DNA of 64,000 nt from an uncultured Sphingomonadaceae bacterium (GCA_947493955.1 CANLSQ010000002.1:578568-642567), one strand, 5' to 3'. Shown: positions 37,989-50,058, counted from the stretch's first letter. The notes: a model not told the origin generated them from the sequence alone. Made by a program: numbers and translations.

Positions 37989-38518
37989 TTCTTTTCTTTG
38001 GCCAGTTCGATGGCGTCCAGCACAACTTTGCGAGCCTCTTCGGCATCACCCCATTTACCAACACGGACCCATTTTTCAGGTTCCAGGTCTTTGTAATGGG
38101 TAAAGAAATGTTCGATTTGCTGCATGACGATTTCCGGCAGGTCTCCGCCTTCGCCGATCGCGCGATAATAGGGGAAAGTCGCATCAATCGGAACGCAAAG
38201 CAGCTTTTCATCACCGCCATGTTCGTCTTCCAGGTTGAGCACGGCGATTGGGCGGCATCGCACGACACAGCCCGGCATGAAAGGGGATCGCGCCACAACC
38301 AGCGCGTCCAAGGGATCGCCATCGGGGGACAGGGTATGCGGAATAAACCCGTAATTTGCGGGATAGCGCATCGGTGTATGCAGGATGCGGTCCACGAAAA
38401 GCGCGCCGGAGTCTTTGTCAAATTCATATTTAACCGGTTCGCCGCCCACCGGGACTTCGATGATGACGTTCAGGCTTTCCGGCGGGTTATCGCCGATGGC
38501 GATTTTGGTGATGTCCAT
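37985..38518 (-). CDS. ppa: Inorganic pyrophosphatase
   Basis: 177 aa family I PPase motifs (DGDPLDALV, NYGFIPHT). Confidence 0.9.
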   Translation of the reverse strand: MDITKIAIGDNPPESLNVIIEVPVGGEPVKYEFDKDSGALFVDRILHTPMRYPANYGFIPHTLSPDGDPLDALVVARSPFMPGCVVRCRPIAVLNLEDEHGGDEKLLCVPIDATFPYYRAIGEGGDLPEIVMQQIEHFFTHYKDLEPEKWVRVGKWGDAEEARKVVLDAIELAKEKK

Positions 38519-38534
38519 AGGGTCTGGATCCTAA

Positions 38535-40505
38535 TTATCTGGTTTTTGGCTTCAAAAGCCGGTCAATGCCCCCTTCAACGGTACCACCCTCTTCCACGGT
38601 TATTTTTTTCAGGTGCGGATAGCGAAGCCCGCCTGAATAATCGACCATAAAATTGCTATATTGGTCAGCATTCTTGGCAAAAATCTCGATTTTGTTCGTT
38701 TGCCCACGATTCTCTTCGATCGCCTGAGTCAACAGCTCGGCGGTATAGGCTTTGCCATTCACTGCCGTAATTGTGAGGCCGTTTTTGAGGCCTGCCTTAA
38801 ACGCCGGACCGTCCCACATAACCGCTTTGACCACGCCCTTGTCGCTGACCACCATGCCAATCGAATGGCTGAGATCCAGTTGCTTGCGGCGTATGTCATT
38901 TGCGCGGATAAAATCGCTCTTTGTAGCATCGTAGACCAGTTTGTAGCCGCCAAGGATCAGGCCATTTTTGGGCGCTTCGTCTGTCGTCTCGTACACGCGT
39001 TCTTGGATAAATCCGGCCCAGTCATAAGGATGTACGGCGTTCAGCGTGTCAATGACATCGGACAGTTCATAGGTGACCACGCCATAATCGCCATTTTTCC
39101 CTTTGAAGAAGCTGCGGGCAAAATCTTCCAGCGATTTCTTGCCTTCCGATTCGCGGCGGATGATGCCATCGGCCTCCAGCCAGATGAGCAGGCCTTCATT
39201 ATAATAATCTTCCTGCCGCTGCCAGCTGCTCCAGGGTTTGGGTTTGCGCTCGGCGATAATCGGATCATGGGTCGTGTCGATCAGCGGGCGCCATTGGCGG
39301 CCTACGCGCAAGTCCATGCCAGCGGCAATCGCGGCAAAGGCATCCAGCGTATCCTGTTTGGAATAGAGGCCCGAACGTGCGCCGAGAACATAGCCCCAAA
39401 ACTGGGTTTGACCTTCATAGACCCACAGCAGGTTGTCCCGCATCGGCTCCCGATAATCGGGCGTCCACATACCAGCGGGGCGGCGATATTTGCCGTTCCA
39501 GGCGTGCACAACCTCATGCGGCAAAAGGTTGCGCCGGCCGGGACCATCATTCCATTTGGTGAAATATTCCCGGTTCACGGCATTTTCCGAAGACCGATGA
39601 TGTTCAATCCCAATGCCGCCCATTTCTTCGGTCAGGGCGAGCAGGAAATCATAGCGGTCATAGGGATAGCTACCGAACAGCGCCTCTGATTCCCGGACCA
39701 ATTTGCTATGTTTGGCAATGTGCGATTTTCTCGGTTTTAGATATTTAGCATCATCAGCCACGACATTGAGATGCACGCGGCGGCTCAGCCGATAGGTCTG
39801 GAAATATTTGCCAGCAAAAACTGGACTGTCGATCAGCGTGTCATAGTCGGTTTTGCGATAGACCACACGATTGAGATTGTCGGTTTTCGGTTGCCGCGCC
39901 TTGGGCCGCATCGCGCTCGCCGCACGCCAGCCCGGCGGATAGATGGCGCTGGCCTCAACCGGTATCTGGCGGACATAATAGCCGGCCGGGTAAAGCGAAA
40001 CCTGATGCCAGCGCAGGTTAAGCATGGACGGTGCCATGACGATTCGACCCTGACCGCCAGTGGTGGCAGAGGTGAATTGAAATTTGGCGGTGATTTCCGA
40101 TACGCCTTCCGGCACGTCGAGATGAAAAGCGAAGACATCCCTGTCGTCGCGTATCCAGTCGATTTTTTGACCGTTTGCGGTGAACTCTAGTGCGGCCAGT
40201 TTCTCAATCTCGCCGCGCGGGGCATGATTGCCGGGCAGCCATTCCGGATAGAGCAGCGTCATCCGGCCAGCCTGCGACACCGGTATTATCTGCGTGATCC
40301 GAAAAATGCCTTGCACATTGTCGCGCGCATCCACCTCCAGCCGCATGGTGCCGGGATAGGGAGTATCCTGTGCGTCTGAGATCGTGTCTTCCGCCGGGAC
40401 ATAAGTCGGCTTGCTGAGACTATCGGGCATCGCCGCGGAAAGAGAGGTGACAGGCGAGACGAAAGACAGGACCGAAAACAGTCCCAAAAGTGCAACCAGA
40501 CGCAT
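38535..40505 (-). CDS. M61 family (glycyl aminopeptidase-like) metallopeptidase with C-terminal PDZ domain, secreted
   Basis: HEVVHAWNG HExxH motif, a PDZ-like C-terminus and a signal peptide MRLVALLGLFSVLSF. The ORF track start at 40634 is probably too long. An ATG at 40535 is an alternative start. Confidence 0.75.
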   Translation of the reverse strand: MRLVALLGLFSVLSFVSPVTSLSAAMPDSLSKPTYVPAEDTISDAQDTPYPGTMRLEVDARDNVQGIFRITQIIPVSQAGRMTLLYPEWLPGNHAPRGEIEKLAALEFTANGQKIDWIRDDRDVFAFHLDVPEGVSEITAKFQFTSATTGGQGRIVMAPSMLNLRWHQVSLYPAGYYVRQIPVEASAIYPPGWRAASAMRPKARQPKTDNLNRVVYRKTDYDTLIDSPVFAGKYFQTYRLSRRVHLNVVADDAKYLKPRKSHIAKHSKLVRESEALFGSYPYDRYDFLLALTEEMGGIGIEHHRSSENAVNREYFTKWNDGPGRRNLLPHEVVHAWNGKYRRPAGMWTPDYREPMRDNLLWVYEGQTQFWGYVLGARSGLYSKQDTLDAFAAIAAGMDLRVGRQWRPLIDTTHDPIIAERKPKPWSSWQRQEDYYNEGLLIWLEADGIIRRESEGKKSLEDFARSFFKGKNGDYGVVTYELSDVIDTLNAVHPYDWAGFIQERVYETTDEAPKNGLILGGYKLVYDATKSDFIRANDIRRKQLDLSHSIGMVVSDKGVVKAVMWDGPAFKAGLKNGLTITAVNGKAYTAELLTQAIEENRGQTNKIEIFAKNADQYSNFMVDYSGGLRYPHLKKITVEEGGTVEGGIDRLLKPKTR

Positions 40506-40666
40506 ACTAGATTTAACCCCGTAGATTATCGCCATGTCTGAATGGCGGTTTTTGGCGGCTTCGTCCAGAGGGTGGATAAGAAAAGCATCAATATAAACAA
40601 TAGAAACAAGCCATCTTTCGCTTTTGCGCAGCACCGGCTAAAGCGCGCTCAAGACAAAGGGCAGAT

Positions 40667-41998
40667 ATGGCAAAGATACAAACACCGCAACCGGTACGCG
40701 GTACGCAGGATATATTTGGCGAAGACCAGGAGCGTTTCCAGCGTGTGGTGGAGACGTTTGAACGCGTGCGACGCCTTTACGGGTTCAAGGGCGTGCAAAT
40801 GCCGGTGTTTGAGCCAACGGCGGTTTTTGCCCGTTCGCTGGGCGAAACCACCGATGTTGTGTCAAAGGAAATGTATAGTTTTGAGGATCGCGGCGGCGAC
40901 AGCCTGACCCTGCGTCCGGAATTTACCGCCGGAATTTCACGCGCCTTTCTGACCAATGGCTGGCAGCAGCATGCTCCGATGAAATTGTCCACCCACGGCC
41001 CGCTATTTCGCTACGAGCGTCCACAAAAGGGTCGCTATCGCCAGTTTCACCAGCTCGATGCCGAGATTATTGGGGCCGGTGAAGCGGCGGCGGATGTCGA
41101 ATTGCTCTGTTTTGCGGATCAGCTTTTGAAAGAGCTGGGCATCTCGGACGGTGTGACGTTGCAGCTCAATACATTGGGCGACGCGGAAAGTCGTGATGCG
41201 TGGCGCGATGCCCTGGTTGAACATTTTCGGGCGCACAAGGCAGATCTGTCCGAAGACAGCCAGGACCGGTTGGAGCGCAATCCGCTGCGGATTCTCGACA
41301 GCAAAGAGCGGCAGGACCGTCCGATTGCCGATAGCGCGCCGGAAATTGACGCCTATTTGTCGGATGAGGCGAAAGAATTTTTCGGGCAGGTGACCGAGGG
41401 GCTCGATGCTTGCGGTGTAGCGTGGGAACGCAATAGCCGATTGGTGCGCGGCCTGGATTATTATCGTCACACTGCCTTTGAATTTGTCACCGACCGATTG
41501 GGCGCGCAGGGCACAGTGCTGGCCGGTGGGCGTTATGACGGCTTGATCGAATCTCTGGGCGGACCTGCGACACAGGCTGTTGGCTGGGCTGCAGGGATTG
41601 AGCGGCTCGGGATGTTGCTGGATGAGGCCGAACCTGATCCCGTGGAACTGGCCATCTTGCCGATGGGGGATGATGCGATAACCGCGGCCTTGTCGGTTGC
41701 GAGTGAAATGCGGAGCTCACAATTTTCCGCTGAAATATTTGCCCGCGGTAAATTTAAAAAACGGATGGCGCGTGCCAATCAGGTTGGCGCGCTTGCCGCG
41801 ATCATCATAGGCGAAGATGAATTGGCGTCAGGCAAAGTGCAGTTTAAAAATCTGACCACTGGCGAGCAAAACGAGCTCGAATTGGCGGATGTAACCGAAA
41901 AGATGTGGGACCTCAGATTCTCTGAGGATCTGGATAATTTTGAGTCCCATCTGGATGATCTGGAACAAGAAGTTGCACAATTGGGAGAGGGTGATTGA
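40667..41998 (+). CDS. hisS: Histidine--tRNA ligase
   Basis: Class II aaRS motifs, an N-terminus QPVRGTQD, and a C-terminal anticodon-binding domain. Confidence 0.9.
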   Translation: MAKIQTPQPVRGTQDIFGEDQERFQRVVETFERVRRLYGFKGVQMPVFEPTAVFARSLGETTDVVSKEMYSFEDRGGDSLTLRPEFTAGISRAFLTNGWQQHAPMKLSTHGPLFRYERPQKGRYRQFHQLDAEIIGAGEAAADVELLCFADQLLKELGISDGVTLQLNTLGDAESRDAWRDALVEHFRAHKADLSEDSQDRLERNPLRILDSKERQDRPIADSAPEIDAYLSDEAKEFFGQVTEGLDACGVAWERNSRLVRGLDYYRHTAFEFVTDRLGAQGTVLAGGRYDGLIESLGGPATQAVGWAAGIERLGMLLDEAEPDPVELAILPMGDDAITAALSVASEMRSSQFSAEIFARGKFKKRMARANQVGALAAIIIGEDELASGKVQFKNLTTGEQNELELADVTEKMWDLRFSEDLDNFESHLDDLEQEVAQLGEGD

Positions 41999-43071
41999 CC
42001 ACCATTACACCCCAACGCATCGCCCAGATCGAAGCGCGCTTTGCCGAGCTGCAGGCGATGATGGCCTCTGGCAATCTCGATGGTGATAAGTTTGTCGAGG
42101 TTTCCAAGGAATATGCCGAGATCGAACCGGTAGCCGAGGCTGCGGCCGAGGTTCAGCGCCTGCGAGACGAGCAGACGGGGCTGGAAGAAATGCTCGCCGG
42201 TGATGATGCCGAGATGAAGGCCATGGCGGCCGATGAAGTCGATGACGTCAAGAAAGCGTTGGAAAAAGCCGAACATGCGCTGGCGCTAAAACTCTTGCCG
42301 CGGGACAGCGCCGATGATCGCCCCGCGATGCTTGAAATTCGCGCCGGTACCGGCGGTGATGAAGCAGCGCTTTTTGCGGGTGATCTCTATCGGATGTACA
42401 GTCGATTTGCCGATGAGCAGGGCTGGAAGGTCGAGTTGATCTCGGCCAATGCGTCCGAAGTCGGTGGGTTCAAGGAAGTGGTGGCGAATATCAATGGCAA
42501 GGGTGTGTTCGCAAAGCTGAAGTTCGAATCCGGCGTCCACCGCGTCCAACGTGTACCCGAAACAGAAAGCGGCGGGCGGATTCATACCTCGGCGGCAACG
42601 GTCGCGATTCTCCCGGAACCAGAAGAAGTCGATATCGACATCCGTACTGAAGACCTGCGCATCGATACTTACCGGGCGAGCGGCGCGGGCGGCCAGCATG
42701 TCAACAAGACCGACAGCGCGATTCGCATCACCCATTTGCCCACCGGATTGGTGGTACAATGTCAGGATGGCAAGTCACAGCATAAGAACAAGGCGCAGGC
42801 GATGAAAGTGCTGGCGGCGCGGCTCTATGAGCAGGAACGCGATGCCGTGCAGAGCGAGGAAGCGGAAGTGCGCAAATCGATGGTTGGTTCCGGCGACCGG
42901 TCCGAACGCATCCGTACCTATAATTATCCGCAAGGCCGGGTGACCGATCATCGGATCAACCTGACGCTGCACAAGCTGCCCGAAATTGTCGAAGGTGGAG
43001 GACTGGGTGAGATGGTCGATGCGCTGATCGCCGAAGATGAGGCCAGCCGTCTCGCCAATCTGGATGGCTGA
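41995..43071 (+). CDS. prfA: Peptide chain release factor 1
   Basis: GGQ motif ([16 protein letters not shown]) and a PxT-type domain. Its start overlaps the hisS stop. Confidence 0.95.
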   Translation: MTTITPQRIAQIEARFAELQAMMASGNLDGDKFVEVSKEYAEIEPVAEAAAEVQRLRDEQTGLEEMLAGDDAEMKAMAADEVDDVKKALEKAEHALALKLLPRDSADDRPAMLEIRAGTGGDEAALFAGDLYRMYSRFADEQGWKVELISANASEVGGFKEVVANINGKGVFAKLKFESGVHRVQRVPETESGGRIHTSAATVAILPEPEEVDIDIRTEDLRIDTYRASGAGGQHVNKTDSAIRITHLPTGLVVQCQDGKSQHKNKAQAMKVLAARLYEQERDAVQSEEAEVRKSMVGSGDRSERIRTYNYPQGRVTDHRINLTLHKLPEIVEGGGLGEMVDALIAEDEASRLANLDG

Positions 43072-43909
43072 CATCGCTGCGGTATTGCGAAACGCGTCGC
43101 AGGCTCTGGGATCGGTCAGCGATACGCCGCGTCTGGATGCAGAATTGCTGATGGCGCATCTTTTGGGGATCGATCGGGAGCAGTTGTTGCTGCATTTACC
43201 AAAGCTGACCGTTCCGGAAGGTTTTGCAGAGCTGCTGGAGCGCCGCAGAGCGCACGAACCCGTCGCGCATATCATTGGTGAGCGGGAGTTCTGGAGCCTG
43301 CCGTTTCATGTCAGTCCCGATGTCCTGATTCCTCGTCCCGATAGCGAAATTCTGATCGAAACAGCTGTGCAAATCGGCAAGATTCATCCACCGGCACACA
43401 TATTGGATCTCGGAACAGGAAGCGGGGCGCTGTTGCTTGCCACATTGTCCGAGTTTCCAGAAGCGCAGGGCGTGGGAATGGATGCCAGCGCTCCGGCTTT
43501 GGCGGTCGCTCATAACAATGCTGATCGCCTGCGACTCAGCGATCGGGCGCATTTTGTATTGCAGGACTGGACAGCAGTGGGCTGGACACAGTTCCTGAAC
43601 GGGCGGTTTGATCTGATTCTTGCGAATCCGCCCTATGTATCAACCAAGGCTGAATTATCCCGCGAAGTGGCTGACTTTGAGCCCCATCAGGCGTTATTTG
43701 CCGGCGCGCAAGGCATGGATGATTATGAAATCATCATTCCGGCGTTGGTGGAGTTATTGTCCGAAAACGGCACCGCGCTTCTGGAAATAGGTTTTGATCA
43801 GGCTGAGCCGGTGGCAAATCTGGCTGAAAAAAACGGCTATATTGTTGAATGCAAACAGGATTTGGGTGGTAATGACAGGCTTCTCGTCCTGCGACGGCGC
43901 ACCGGCTGA
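43064..43909 (+). CDS. prmC: Release factor glutamine N5-methyltransferase PrmC (HemK)
   Basis: NPPY motif ([10 protein letters not shown]) and a SAM-binding motif DLGTGSGA. The start is chosen at the ATG overlapping the prfA stop; the ORF track gives 43037. Confidence 0.85.
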   Translation: MADIAAVLRNASQALGSVSDTPRLDAELLMAHLLGIDREQLLLHLPKLTVPEGFAELLERRRAHEPVAHIIGEREFWSLPFHVSPDVLIPRPDSEILIETAVQIGKIHPPAHILDLGTGSGALLLATLSEFPEAQGVGMDASAPALAVAHNNADRLRLSDRAHFVLQDWTAVGWTQFLNGRFDLILANPPYVSTKAELSREVADFEPHQALFAGAQGMDDYEIIIPALVELLSENGTALLEIGFDQAEPVANLAEKNGYIVECKQDLGGNDRLLVLRRRTG

Positions 43910-44152
43910 TAAAAATCACTTGGATTTGGCTTATGAAGGCGCTAAGGATGTTTCAGGCCCGGATGATTTCTGGCAATTTCCCTAAAATCGCTGGCCTACC
44001 CCCATATAGATAATATTGCTGATGTCCGGCGATCTTTTATCTTTTTTGGGTTGCTGCGGATCATGTGATCGGCGGCACGGGCACTGCCTTTGTGGCAGTA
44101 AAATAACAGGAAAGACCGAGTTTATTAACGGTATAAGGACACCCAGAATTTG

Positions 44153-44821
44153 ATGAATAATCGTCAGGCCGGCGGCCGTCGCCGTGGCCGGAACAACAAT
44201 AATCGCAATCAGGGCAACCGCGGTGGCGGCGGCATGGACCGGGAAAACCGGATCGACAACCGCGCGCGTGGCAATGCAGCCCAGATGCTGGATAAATATA
44301 AGAAAATGGCGCAGGATGCCCAGGTGAATGGCGACCGCGTCAATGCCGAATATTATCATCAATTTGCCGACCATTATTTCCGGGTGAACGCAGACAGCCA
44401 GGCGCGCCGCGAAGAGCAGCGATTGGCCCGCGAGGAACAACGAAACCAGAATAATGATCGCAATGACACTGCCGATGACACTGCCGATCAGGATGCTCGC
44501 GGACGTCCGCAGCGCGGACGCCGGCCCAAAGCGGATGATCAACCGGAAAAAGCAGCCGGTTCAGACGGTCAGGATAATGTGGACGCGCCAGCTGAGAAAA
44601 AGCCTGTCCGTGCGCGCCGCCCGCGTAAACCGGCCGGTGAAGCCGCAGAAGCCAATGGTGAATCAAATGGTTTGGATGCCAGCGCTTTGCCTCCCGCCAT
44701 TTCGATCAAATCGGATGATGGTTCTGATAGTGAGGCTGAGGCAAAACCGGTTCGCAAGCGCCGGACAGTAAAAGCCAAGGCGGCGGAAGCCGAAGCACCG
44801 TCGGAAGGCGACGCAGCCTAA
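44153..44821 (+). CDS. DUF4167 domain protein (disordered, Arg/Asn/Gly-rich N-terminus and acidic/basic tail)
   Basis: Conserved core AAQMLDKYKKMAQDAQVNGDRVNAEYYHQFADHYFRV, typical of the family found downstream of prmC in Alphaproteobacteria. ATG with an AAGGA RBS. Confidence 0.7.
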   Translation: MNNRQAGGRRRGRNNNNRNQGNRGGGGMDRENRIDNRARGNAAQMLDKYKKMAQDAQVNGDRVNAEYYHQFADHYFRVNADSQARREEQRLAREEQRNQNNDRNDTADDTADQDARGRPQRGRRPKADDQPEKAAGSDGQDNVDAPAEKKPVRARRPRKPAGEAAEANGESNGLDASALPPAISIKSDDGSDSEAEAKPVRKRRTVKAKAAEAEAPSEGDAA

Positions 44822-44822
44822 A

Positions 44823-45572
44823 TCACTCTGACTTTTCGGTTAAGGCACTATTGAGCCATCCCGGCAAATCCAGCCCGTCAAGATCGTCAACGCGGCGATG
44901 TTCGATGGACAGTCCAAGATCGGGATAGGCCACGCGCTGACGCTTTTCGTCGACCTGATCCAGCGGCACTACGACAAGACGGCGGTTTATCTTTTGCCGA
45001 TAGTTCATCCGCGCTGTGTTTTCCTGCCCAACATAGCAGCCCTTGGTAAAGCTGACGCCGTTCAGTTCGGTCGCATTGCATTCCAGCCACAGGGTTTTGT
45101 CGCTACCCAGTTCTTGCTGGCCTTCGGTCACACCGAGCGAAAGACGATGCGCCTTATAAGCAGAATCGGCGCTTTCGTCTTTCTGACTGTTGTCCAGCCA
45201 GCGATGACCAAGAGCTGTGAGTCGCGGATCAGTTGGCTTTCCGGCCGCATCACGGGACCAGTGTACGGTGATGGCTTCGTCCATCTCGATCACGATCTTC
45301 CGGCGCAGGCGATAGAGTTTCAGGCGCTTCGCCAGCGCTTCGGCATGCTCCTTTTCACAGTCGATCAGGATGTCATCACCATCGGCCCACAGGAAAAAGT
45401 CGAACAGTGTTTTGCCCTGGGCCGTAAGCAAGGCCGCCCATTGCGGGGCGTCCGGCTGAACGGCCTGCATATCCTGTGTGACAAGGCCCTGCAGGAATTC
45501 CCGGCAGTCTTCGCTATCATGGCTAGCAGATATGCGGATTACCGCGCGTTCATTTAGTCTGGTTTCGGTCAT
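44823..45572 (-). CDS. ygfZ: YgfZ/CAF17-family folate-binding protein (tRNA-modifying, Fe-S cluster repair)
   Basis: C-terminal KGCYVGQE signature. Confidence 0.8.
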   Translation of the reverse strand: MTETRLNERAVIRISASHDSEDCREFLQGLVTQDMQAVQPDAPQWAALLTAQGKTLFDFFLWADGDDILIDCEKEHAEALAKRLKLYRLRRKIVIEMDEAITVHWSRDAAGKPTDPRLTALGHRWLDNSQKDESADSAYKAHRLSLGVTEGQQELGSDKTLWLECNATELNGVSFTKGCYVGQENTARMNYRQKINRRLVVVPLDQVDEKRQRVAYPDLGLSIEHRRVDDLDGLDLPGWLNSALTEKSE

Positions 45573-45616
45573 GCAGATTAGGTAGGGACGCTCAGCGTTA
45601 AAAGAAAGCCCGAACC

Positions 45617-46672
45617 ATGAATCAATCGCCCGACCAGATTACCATCCGCCAGCCGGATGACTGGCATGTCCATCTGCGTGATGGCGATATGCTGCGGTCA
45701 GTGGCCAGCTATACGGCGCGGCAATTTGCCCGGGCCATTGTCATGCCCAACCTGTCGCCGCCGGTAACGGACAGCGCCAGTGCGGCGGCGTATCGGGAAC
45801 GGATTTTGGCTGCGGTCCCGGATAACCCGGCGTTCACGCCGCTGATGACGTGCTACCTGACGGATACATCTGATGCCGATAATATGGCACAGGGATTTGA
45901 AGACGGTATTTTCACCGCCGCCAAGCTTTATCCCGCCAATGCGACGACCAACAGCGCCCATGGTGTTACTGATGTTGCCAATATCATGCCGGTGCTTGAG
46001 CGGATGCAGGATATCGGCATGCCGCTATTGATCCACGGTGAAGTTACCGATGCGGATGTGGATGTTTTTGACCGCGAAGCAGTGTTTATCGAGCGCATTC
46101 TGTCGAAAATCGTCTCGCAGTTACCCGAACTGAAAGTGGTGTTCGAGCATATCACCACCGCCGATGCGGTGGATTTCGTAAACGCCGCGGGTCCCAATGT
46201 TGGCGCGACGATCACACCGCAACATCTTCACATCAATCGCAATGCCATGTTTCAGGGCGGGATTCGCCCGCACGCCTATTGCCTGCCGGTGGCCAAGCGG
46301 GAACAACACCGTCTGGCGCTGCGCAAGGCAGCGACATCGGGATCACCGAAATATTTCCTCGGCACGGACAGCGCGCCGCATGAAATAGACGCCAAGGAAT
46401 CGGCCTGCGGTTGTGCCGGTATCTTCAACGCGCCTTATGCACTGGAAAGCTATGCGACGGTGTTCGAGGAAGAAGGCGCGCTCGACAAACTGGAGGGCTT
46501 TGCGTCGGAACATGGCCCTAATTTTTATGGTCTCCCGCTCAACGAAGGCACGGTCACCTTACAGCGATCCGCGGTCACAGTGCCGGACAATATCGAGGCG
46601 GGCGGTGCGACAATCGTACCTTTTCACGCCGGGCAAGAACTGCGTTGGCAAATTGCCGGTAAGGGGAACTAG
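45617..46672 (+). CDS. pyrC: Dihydroorotase (E. coli type, class II)
   Basis: N-terminus [14 protein letters not shown], and metal ligands FEHITT...GTDSAPH. Confidence 0.85.
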   Translation: MNQSPDQITIRQPDDWHVHLRDGDMLRSVASYTARQFARAIVMPNLSPPVTDSASAAAYRERILAAVPDNPAFTPLMTCYLTDTSDADNMAQGFEDGIFTAAKLYPANATTNSAHGVTDVANIMPVLERMQDIGMPLLIHGEVTDADVDVFDREAVFIERILSKIVSQLPELKVVFEHITTADAVDFVNAAGPNVGATITPQHLHINRNAMFQGGIRPHAYCLPVAKREQHRLALRKAATSGSPKYFLGTDSAPHEIDAKESACGCAGIFNAPYALESYATVFEEEGALDKLEGFASEHGPNFYGLPLNEGTVTLQRSAVTVPDNIEAGGATIVPFHAGQELRWQIAGKGN

Positions 46673-47586
46673 GTCGCAGCCGCTTTCTTGCTGGCGCCGC
46701 CGAAAATCGCGTCGGCGGAGAATATCGCAAGGCTGATCCAGATCAGAATGAAGCAGATGACATGTGACGTTGTTAGTGGCTCGCGATAGAGTAATACACC
46801 GATCAGAAATTGCAGCGTGGGTGCAATATACTGTGTCAATCCGATGGTGCTGAGCTTCATTTTCTTGACCGCCGCAGCAAAAAGCATAAGCGGTGTGGCC
46901 GTCACTATCGCACCGCCAAGCAGCAGCATATCAATGGTCAGATTGTCACCAAGATGCGTGGTTGTTGTCGGTGCTGTAGTACCAAAAGTGATCCAGCCGA
47001 TGAACAGCAGGAACGGCAAAAGCAGATAGCTCGTCTCGACAGTCAGCCCGACGATTGGACCGACGTCAGTAACTTTGCGGACCAGACCATATAGCCCCCA
47101 TGAACCCGCCAGTGCGAGACTGATCCAAAGGGTCTGCCATGCCTCCATCGCGAGGATGGAAACGCCAATGGCGGCTATACCGACAGCGATCCATTGGTTG
47201 CGACTCAGCTTTTCCTTGAGGAAGATGTTAGCGAGAAAAACGCTCAGCAATGGGCTGATGAAATAGCCGAGACTGGCTGCGAGAATGTGGTCTTCCTGAA
47301 TGGCCCAGACATAGACGAGCCAGTTAACGGTAATGAGCAGGGCGGTCGCCAGTAAGGGCCCACGTATTTTTGATTCTGCCCAGGCGATGCGCAGACCAGA
47401 TAGGTTTTTACGGAAATAGAGGATGATCAAAAGAACCGGCACTGACCAAACAATCCGGTGGGCAACGACTTCGAGCGGGGCAACGCTCTCCAACAGTTTG
47501 AAATATATCGGCATTACACCCCAGATGATGCAGGCAAGAAATGCTTGCAAAAGCCCCAGTCGGCTAGTGGATGCTTGGCCTGTCAT
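46669..47586 (-). CDS. rarD: EamA-family transporter RarD
   Basis: 10-TM DMT-superfamily protein with a RarD-like N-terminus ([11 protein letters not shown]). The start is chosen at ATG 47586; the ORF track TTG at 47622 adds a Pro-rich extension. Confidence 0.75.
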   Translation of the reverse strand: MTGQASTSRLGLLQAFLACIIWGVMPIYFKLLESVAPLEVVAHRIVWSVPVLLIILYFRKNLSGLRIAWAESKIRGPLLATALLITVNWLVYVWAIQEDHILAASLGYFISPLLSVFLANIFLKEKLSRNQWIAVGIAAIGVSILAMEAWQTLWISLALAGSWGLYGLVRKVTDVGPIVGLTVETSYLLLPFLLFIGWITFGTTAPTTTTHLGDNLTIDMLLLGGAIVTATPLMLFAAAVKKMKLSTIGLTQYIAPTLQFLIGVLLYREPLTTSHVICFILIWISLAIFSADAIFGGASKKAAAT

Positions 47587-47848
47587 AGCATTGCGCCTAG
47601 GCCCCGGCCGATAGGGTGGCAATATAAATTAGTTTGGGCCGCTGATAATTATGCTGTCCTACAGGGATGCACTCGGGGTATGTTTCGGTCCATGCGTAAG
47701 ATGGCGCCTTGTTGAATGGCTGCGGACCGACTTCAGTTTGTCGCGCAAAGCACTCGGTTCAGCAGAATTTCAACCCTGTTTTGCGTATAATTTGTCAACT
47801 TCTGCAGACGGCAGCGGGCCTTTATTGGACGCTGCGTAAAGACGGGGG

Positions 47849-48070
47849 TCAGATAATCCCGCCGCCTACCCACAGGCGAAATGCGCAAATGCACATGACG
47901 ATCAGGCAGAAATACATGCCGCTGCTGCGTGAAGAAATCAGGCCGAACAGAGCGCCGACGCCTGCAATGGGTAAGATTAGCCAGTTGGTCCAGCCGAGAA
48001 GGGGAACCAGTCCGACAAAAGCCAATATGAGGGCGATGCCGCCGATGAGTATAGAAATTACATTAGCCAT
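47849..48070 (-). CDS. Possible small two-TM membrane protein
   Basis: Hydrophobic 73-81 aa ORF with no RBS and no recognised family. It could be spurious. Confidence 0.25.
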   Translation of the reverse strand: MANVISILIGGIALILAFVGLVPLLGWTNWLILPIAGVGALFGLISSRSSGMYFCLIVMCICAFRLWVGGGII

Positions 48071-48158
48071 AACTGTATTATAGGTATAGTGCACCGATTT
48101 TGCAAGTGTTTCTATAGAGATAAGCCTAGGATAACAGGGCGTTTAAGGGAGGAAGACC

Positions 48159-48710
48159 ATGGATATCAACGAAATCAGGATAGAAACCGAACGCCTGATA
48201 ATGCGGCCACCCAATGCCGATGATTTTGATGCATGGGCGGCGTTTCACGCAGATGAAGCGACCATGACCTATCTTGGCAGCGCGCAAAGCCGTGCGGAAA
48301 GTTGGCGGGGTCTGTGTGCCATGGTTGGTGCCTGGCACGTGCGCGGCTATGCGATGTTCTCGCTCATCCTGAAAGACAGCAATCAATGGATCGGCCGAAT
48401 CGGTCCCTGGTATCCCGATGGCTGGCCCGGCACGGAAGTGGGGTGGGGCGTGGCCCCGGAATATGCTGGCAAAGGCTATGCGCTGGAAGCAGCAGTGGCG
48501 AGCATGAACTATGCCGTGGATGAGCTGGGCTGGAGCGATATCTGTCATACGATTGATCCTGAGAACCTCGCTTCGATAAAATTGGCCGAACGGGTCGGTT
48601 CAACCAATCGCGGTCCGACAAAGCTGCCCGCTCCCTATCAGGATGCGCGGGTTGACGACTGGGGGCAATCGCGTGAACAGTGGCTGGAGAACAGAAAGCA
48701 GTTTCAATGA
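48159..48710 (+). CDS. GNAT family N-acetyltransferase (RimJ/RimL-like)
   Basis: N-terminal ETERLIMRP and an acetyl-CoA motif (AGKGYALEA). Confidence 0.75.
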   Translation: MDINEIRIETERLIMRPPNADDFDAWAAFHADEATMTYLGSAQSRAESWRGLCAMVGAWHVRGYAMFSLILKDSNQWIGRIGPWYPDGWPGTEVGWGVAPEYAGKGYALEAAVASMNYAVDELGWSDICHTIDPENLASIKLAERVGSTNRGPTKLPAPYQDARVDDWGQSREQWLENRKQFQ

Positions 48711-48747
48711 GCTGCGAAGGAACAAGAGCATGAGGGAGAGCATTTAA

Positions 48748-49185
48748 ATGGCTGAAGACAGATATCTGGATCCGACGCGGGAACATTTTGATGCATTCAA
48801 GGCGCTGCCCCGCGATGTGCCGATCAACATGCTCAACCTGCTGCGTTTCCATGAGCATGCCCAGTATCCTGAAGATCATCCCAATGCTGCGCACGGCTGG
48901 AGCGGTGCGCGTGCCTATGAAGAATATGGCAAGACGAGCGGACCGATTTTCAAACGGGTTGGCGGGACGATTATCTGGCGCGGCAAGATGGAAGCCATGG
49001 TCATCGGCCCGGATGACAAGCAGTGGGATAGCTCTTTCATTGCCCGCTATCCGAATAGCGGCGCGTTTCTGGAGATGGTCACGGATCCGGAATATCAAAA
49101 AGCGGTTATCAACCGGCAGGCTGCTGTCCTGACGTCCAGGCTCATCCGATTCGGGGAAATTGACGGGCCGGACGGGTTTGGTTGA
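48748..49185 (+). CDS. DUF1330 domain protein
   Basis: Conserved DUF1330 motifs (…GGTIIWRG…, …FLEMVTDPEYQKAV…). Confidence 0.65.
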   Translation: MAEDRYLDPTREHFDAFKALPRDVPINMLNLLRFHEHAQYPEDHPNAAHGWSGARAYEEYGKTSGPIFKRVGGTIIWRGKMEAMVIGPDDKQWDSSFIARYPNSGAFLEMVTDPEYQKAVINRQAAVLTSRLIRFGEIDGPDGFG

Positions 49186-49299
49186 GAATCCCGATTTGGG
49201 ACAGGCGGTTAACGGAAGATTGGCGGTTTAACCATATTTCCTAACAGAAAATTAACGCTTTTTGGTGCAATTGTTCGGGCATATTCAGGAGCATATTGC

Positions 49300-50058
49300 A
49301 TGACACACCTATCCCGTTCCCTCTTGCTGACAGCCACGGCATTTGCTTTGCCGTTGACCTTGGCTGCCTGCGGAAGCAACGAAGGCAATGAAGCGGAACT
49401 GGCAGAGCTGGACGATAATCTGACGGCGGATCCGGCGATGAATGATGCTCTGGAAGACCAGATTTTGGTTGATCCTGATCTTACCGATCAGGCAAATACC
49501 AACGCGATCCGCGGTGCCAATGGCGCGATTGATGGCAAGGTCCCGCCAGCAGGCGGCAAGGCTTATGCTACCGCCCAGTTTGAAGGCAAGATGCTGAGCG
49601 CGCCCAAGCCGCGCAACATGACGTCGGACGACGAATGCACCAGCTGTGCCGGTTCAGAAGGCATAACTCTGGGAGCGAAGGCCGAGGCGCAGGCCGCACA
49701 GCGCGGCAAAGGCACATGTGACCAGAAATTGAGCTATGATATGGGCTGGGCCAACCGGATGCCACCGGAGTTCCCGGTTTATCCCAAGGCCAATGTCAAG
49801 GAAGCAGCTGGCGTTGAAGGCGGACTATGCGATATTCGCGTGGTTAGCTTCTCTACCGCCAGTCCGATTAAAAATGTCGTAGATTATTATTACACCCAGG
49901 CGAAACGTGGCGGCTATAGCGCGGAATATCTGCTGCGCGGCAGCGAACATGTACTGGGCGGAACACGCGGCAATGATGATGGTGCTTTTGTCATCACGCT
50001 CAACAAGCGGTCCGGCGGTGGAACGGTAGTTGATATCGTTGCCAACAACGGGCGCTAA
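49300..50058 (+). CDS. Hypothetical lipoprotein
   Basis: Lipobox LAAC and several Cys pairs. No recognised family. Confidence 0.6.
   Translation: MTHLSRSLLLTATAFALPLTLAACGSNEGNEAELAELDDNLTADPAMNDALEDQILVDPDLTDQANTNAIRGANGAIDGKVPPAGGKAYATAQFEGKMLSAPKPRNMTSDDECTSCAGSEGITLGAKAEAQAAQRGKGTCDQKLSYDMGWANRMPPEFPVYPKANVKEAAGVEGGLCDIRVVSFSTASPIKNVVDYYYTQAKRGGYSAEYLLRGSEHVLGGTRGNDDGAFVITLNKRSGGGTVVDIVANNGR

Noticed and set aside
38661-39689. 342 aa plus-strand ORF opposite the M61 peptidase
   Set aside because: Antisense shadow with no motifs. The peptidase call is strongly supported.
44440-44500. Short tandem repeat (CACTGCCGATGACACTGCCGAT) suggestive of a repeat array
   Set aside because: It lies inside the DUF4167 coding region. 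It is a low-complexity coding repeat (TADDTAD), not a CRISPR or intergenic array.
47709-48083. 124 aa plus-strand ORF
   Set aside because: No RBS and a Pro/Arg-rich composition. It overlaps a more plausible, though itself weak, minus-strand membrane ORF.
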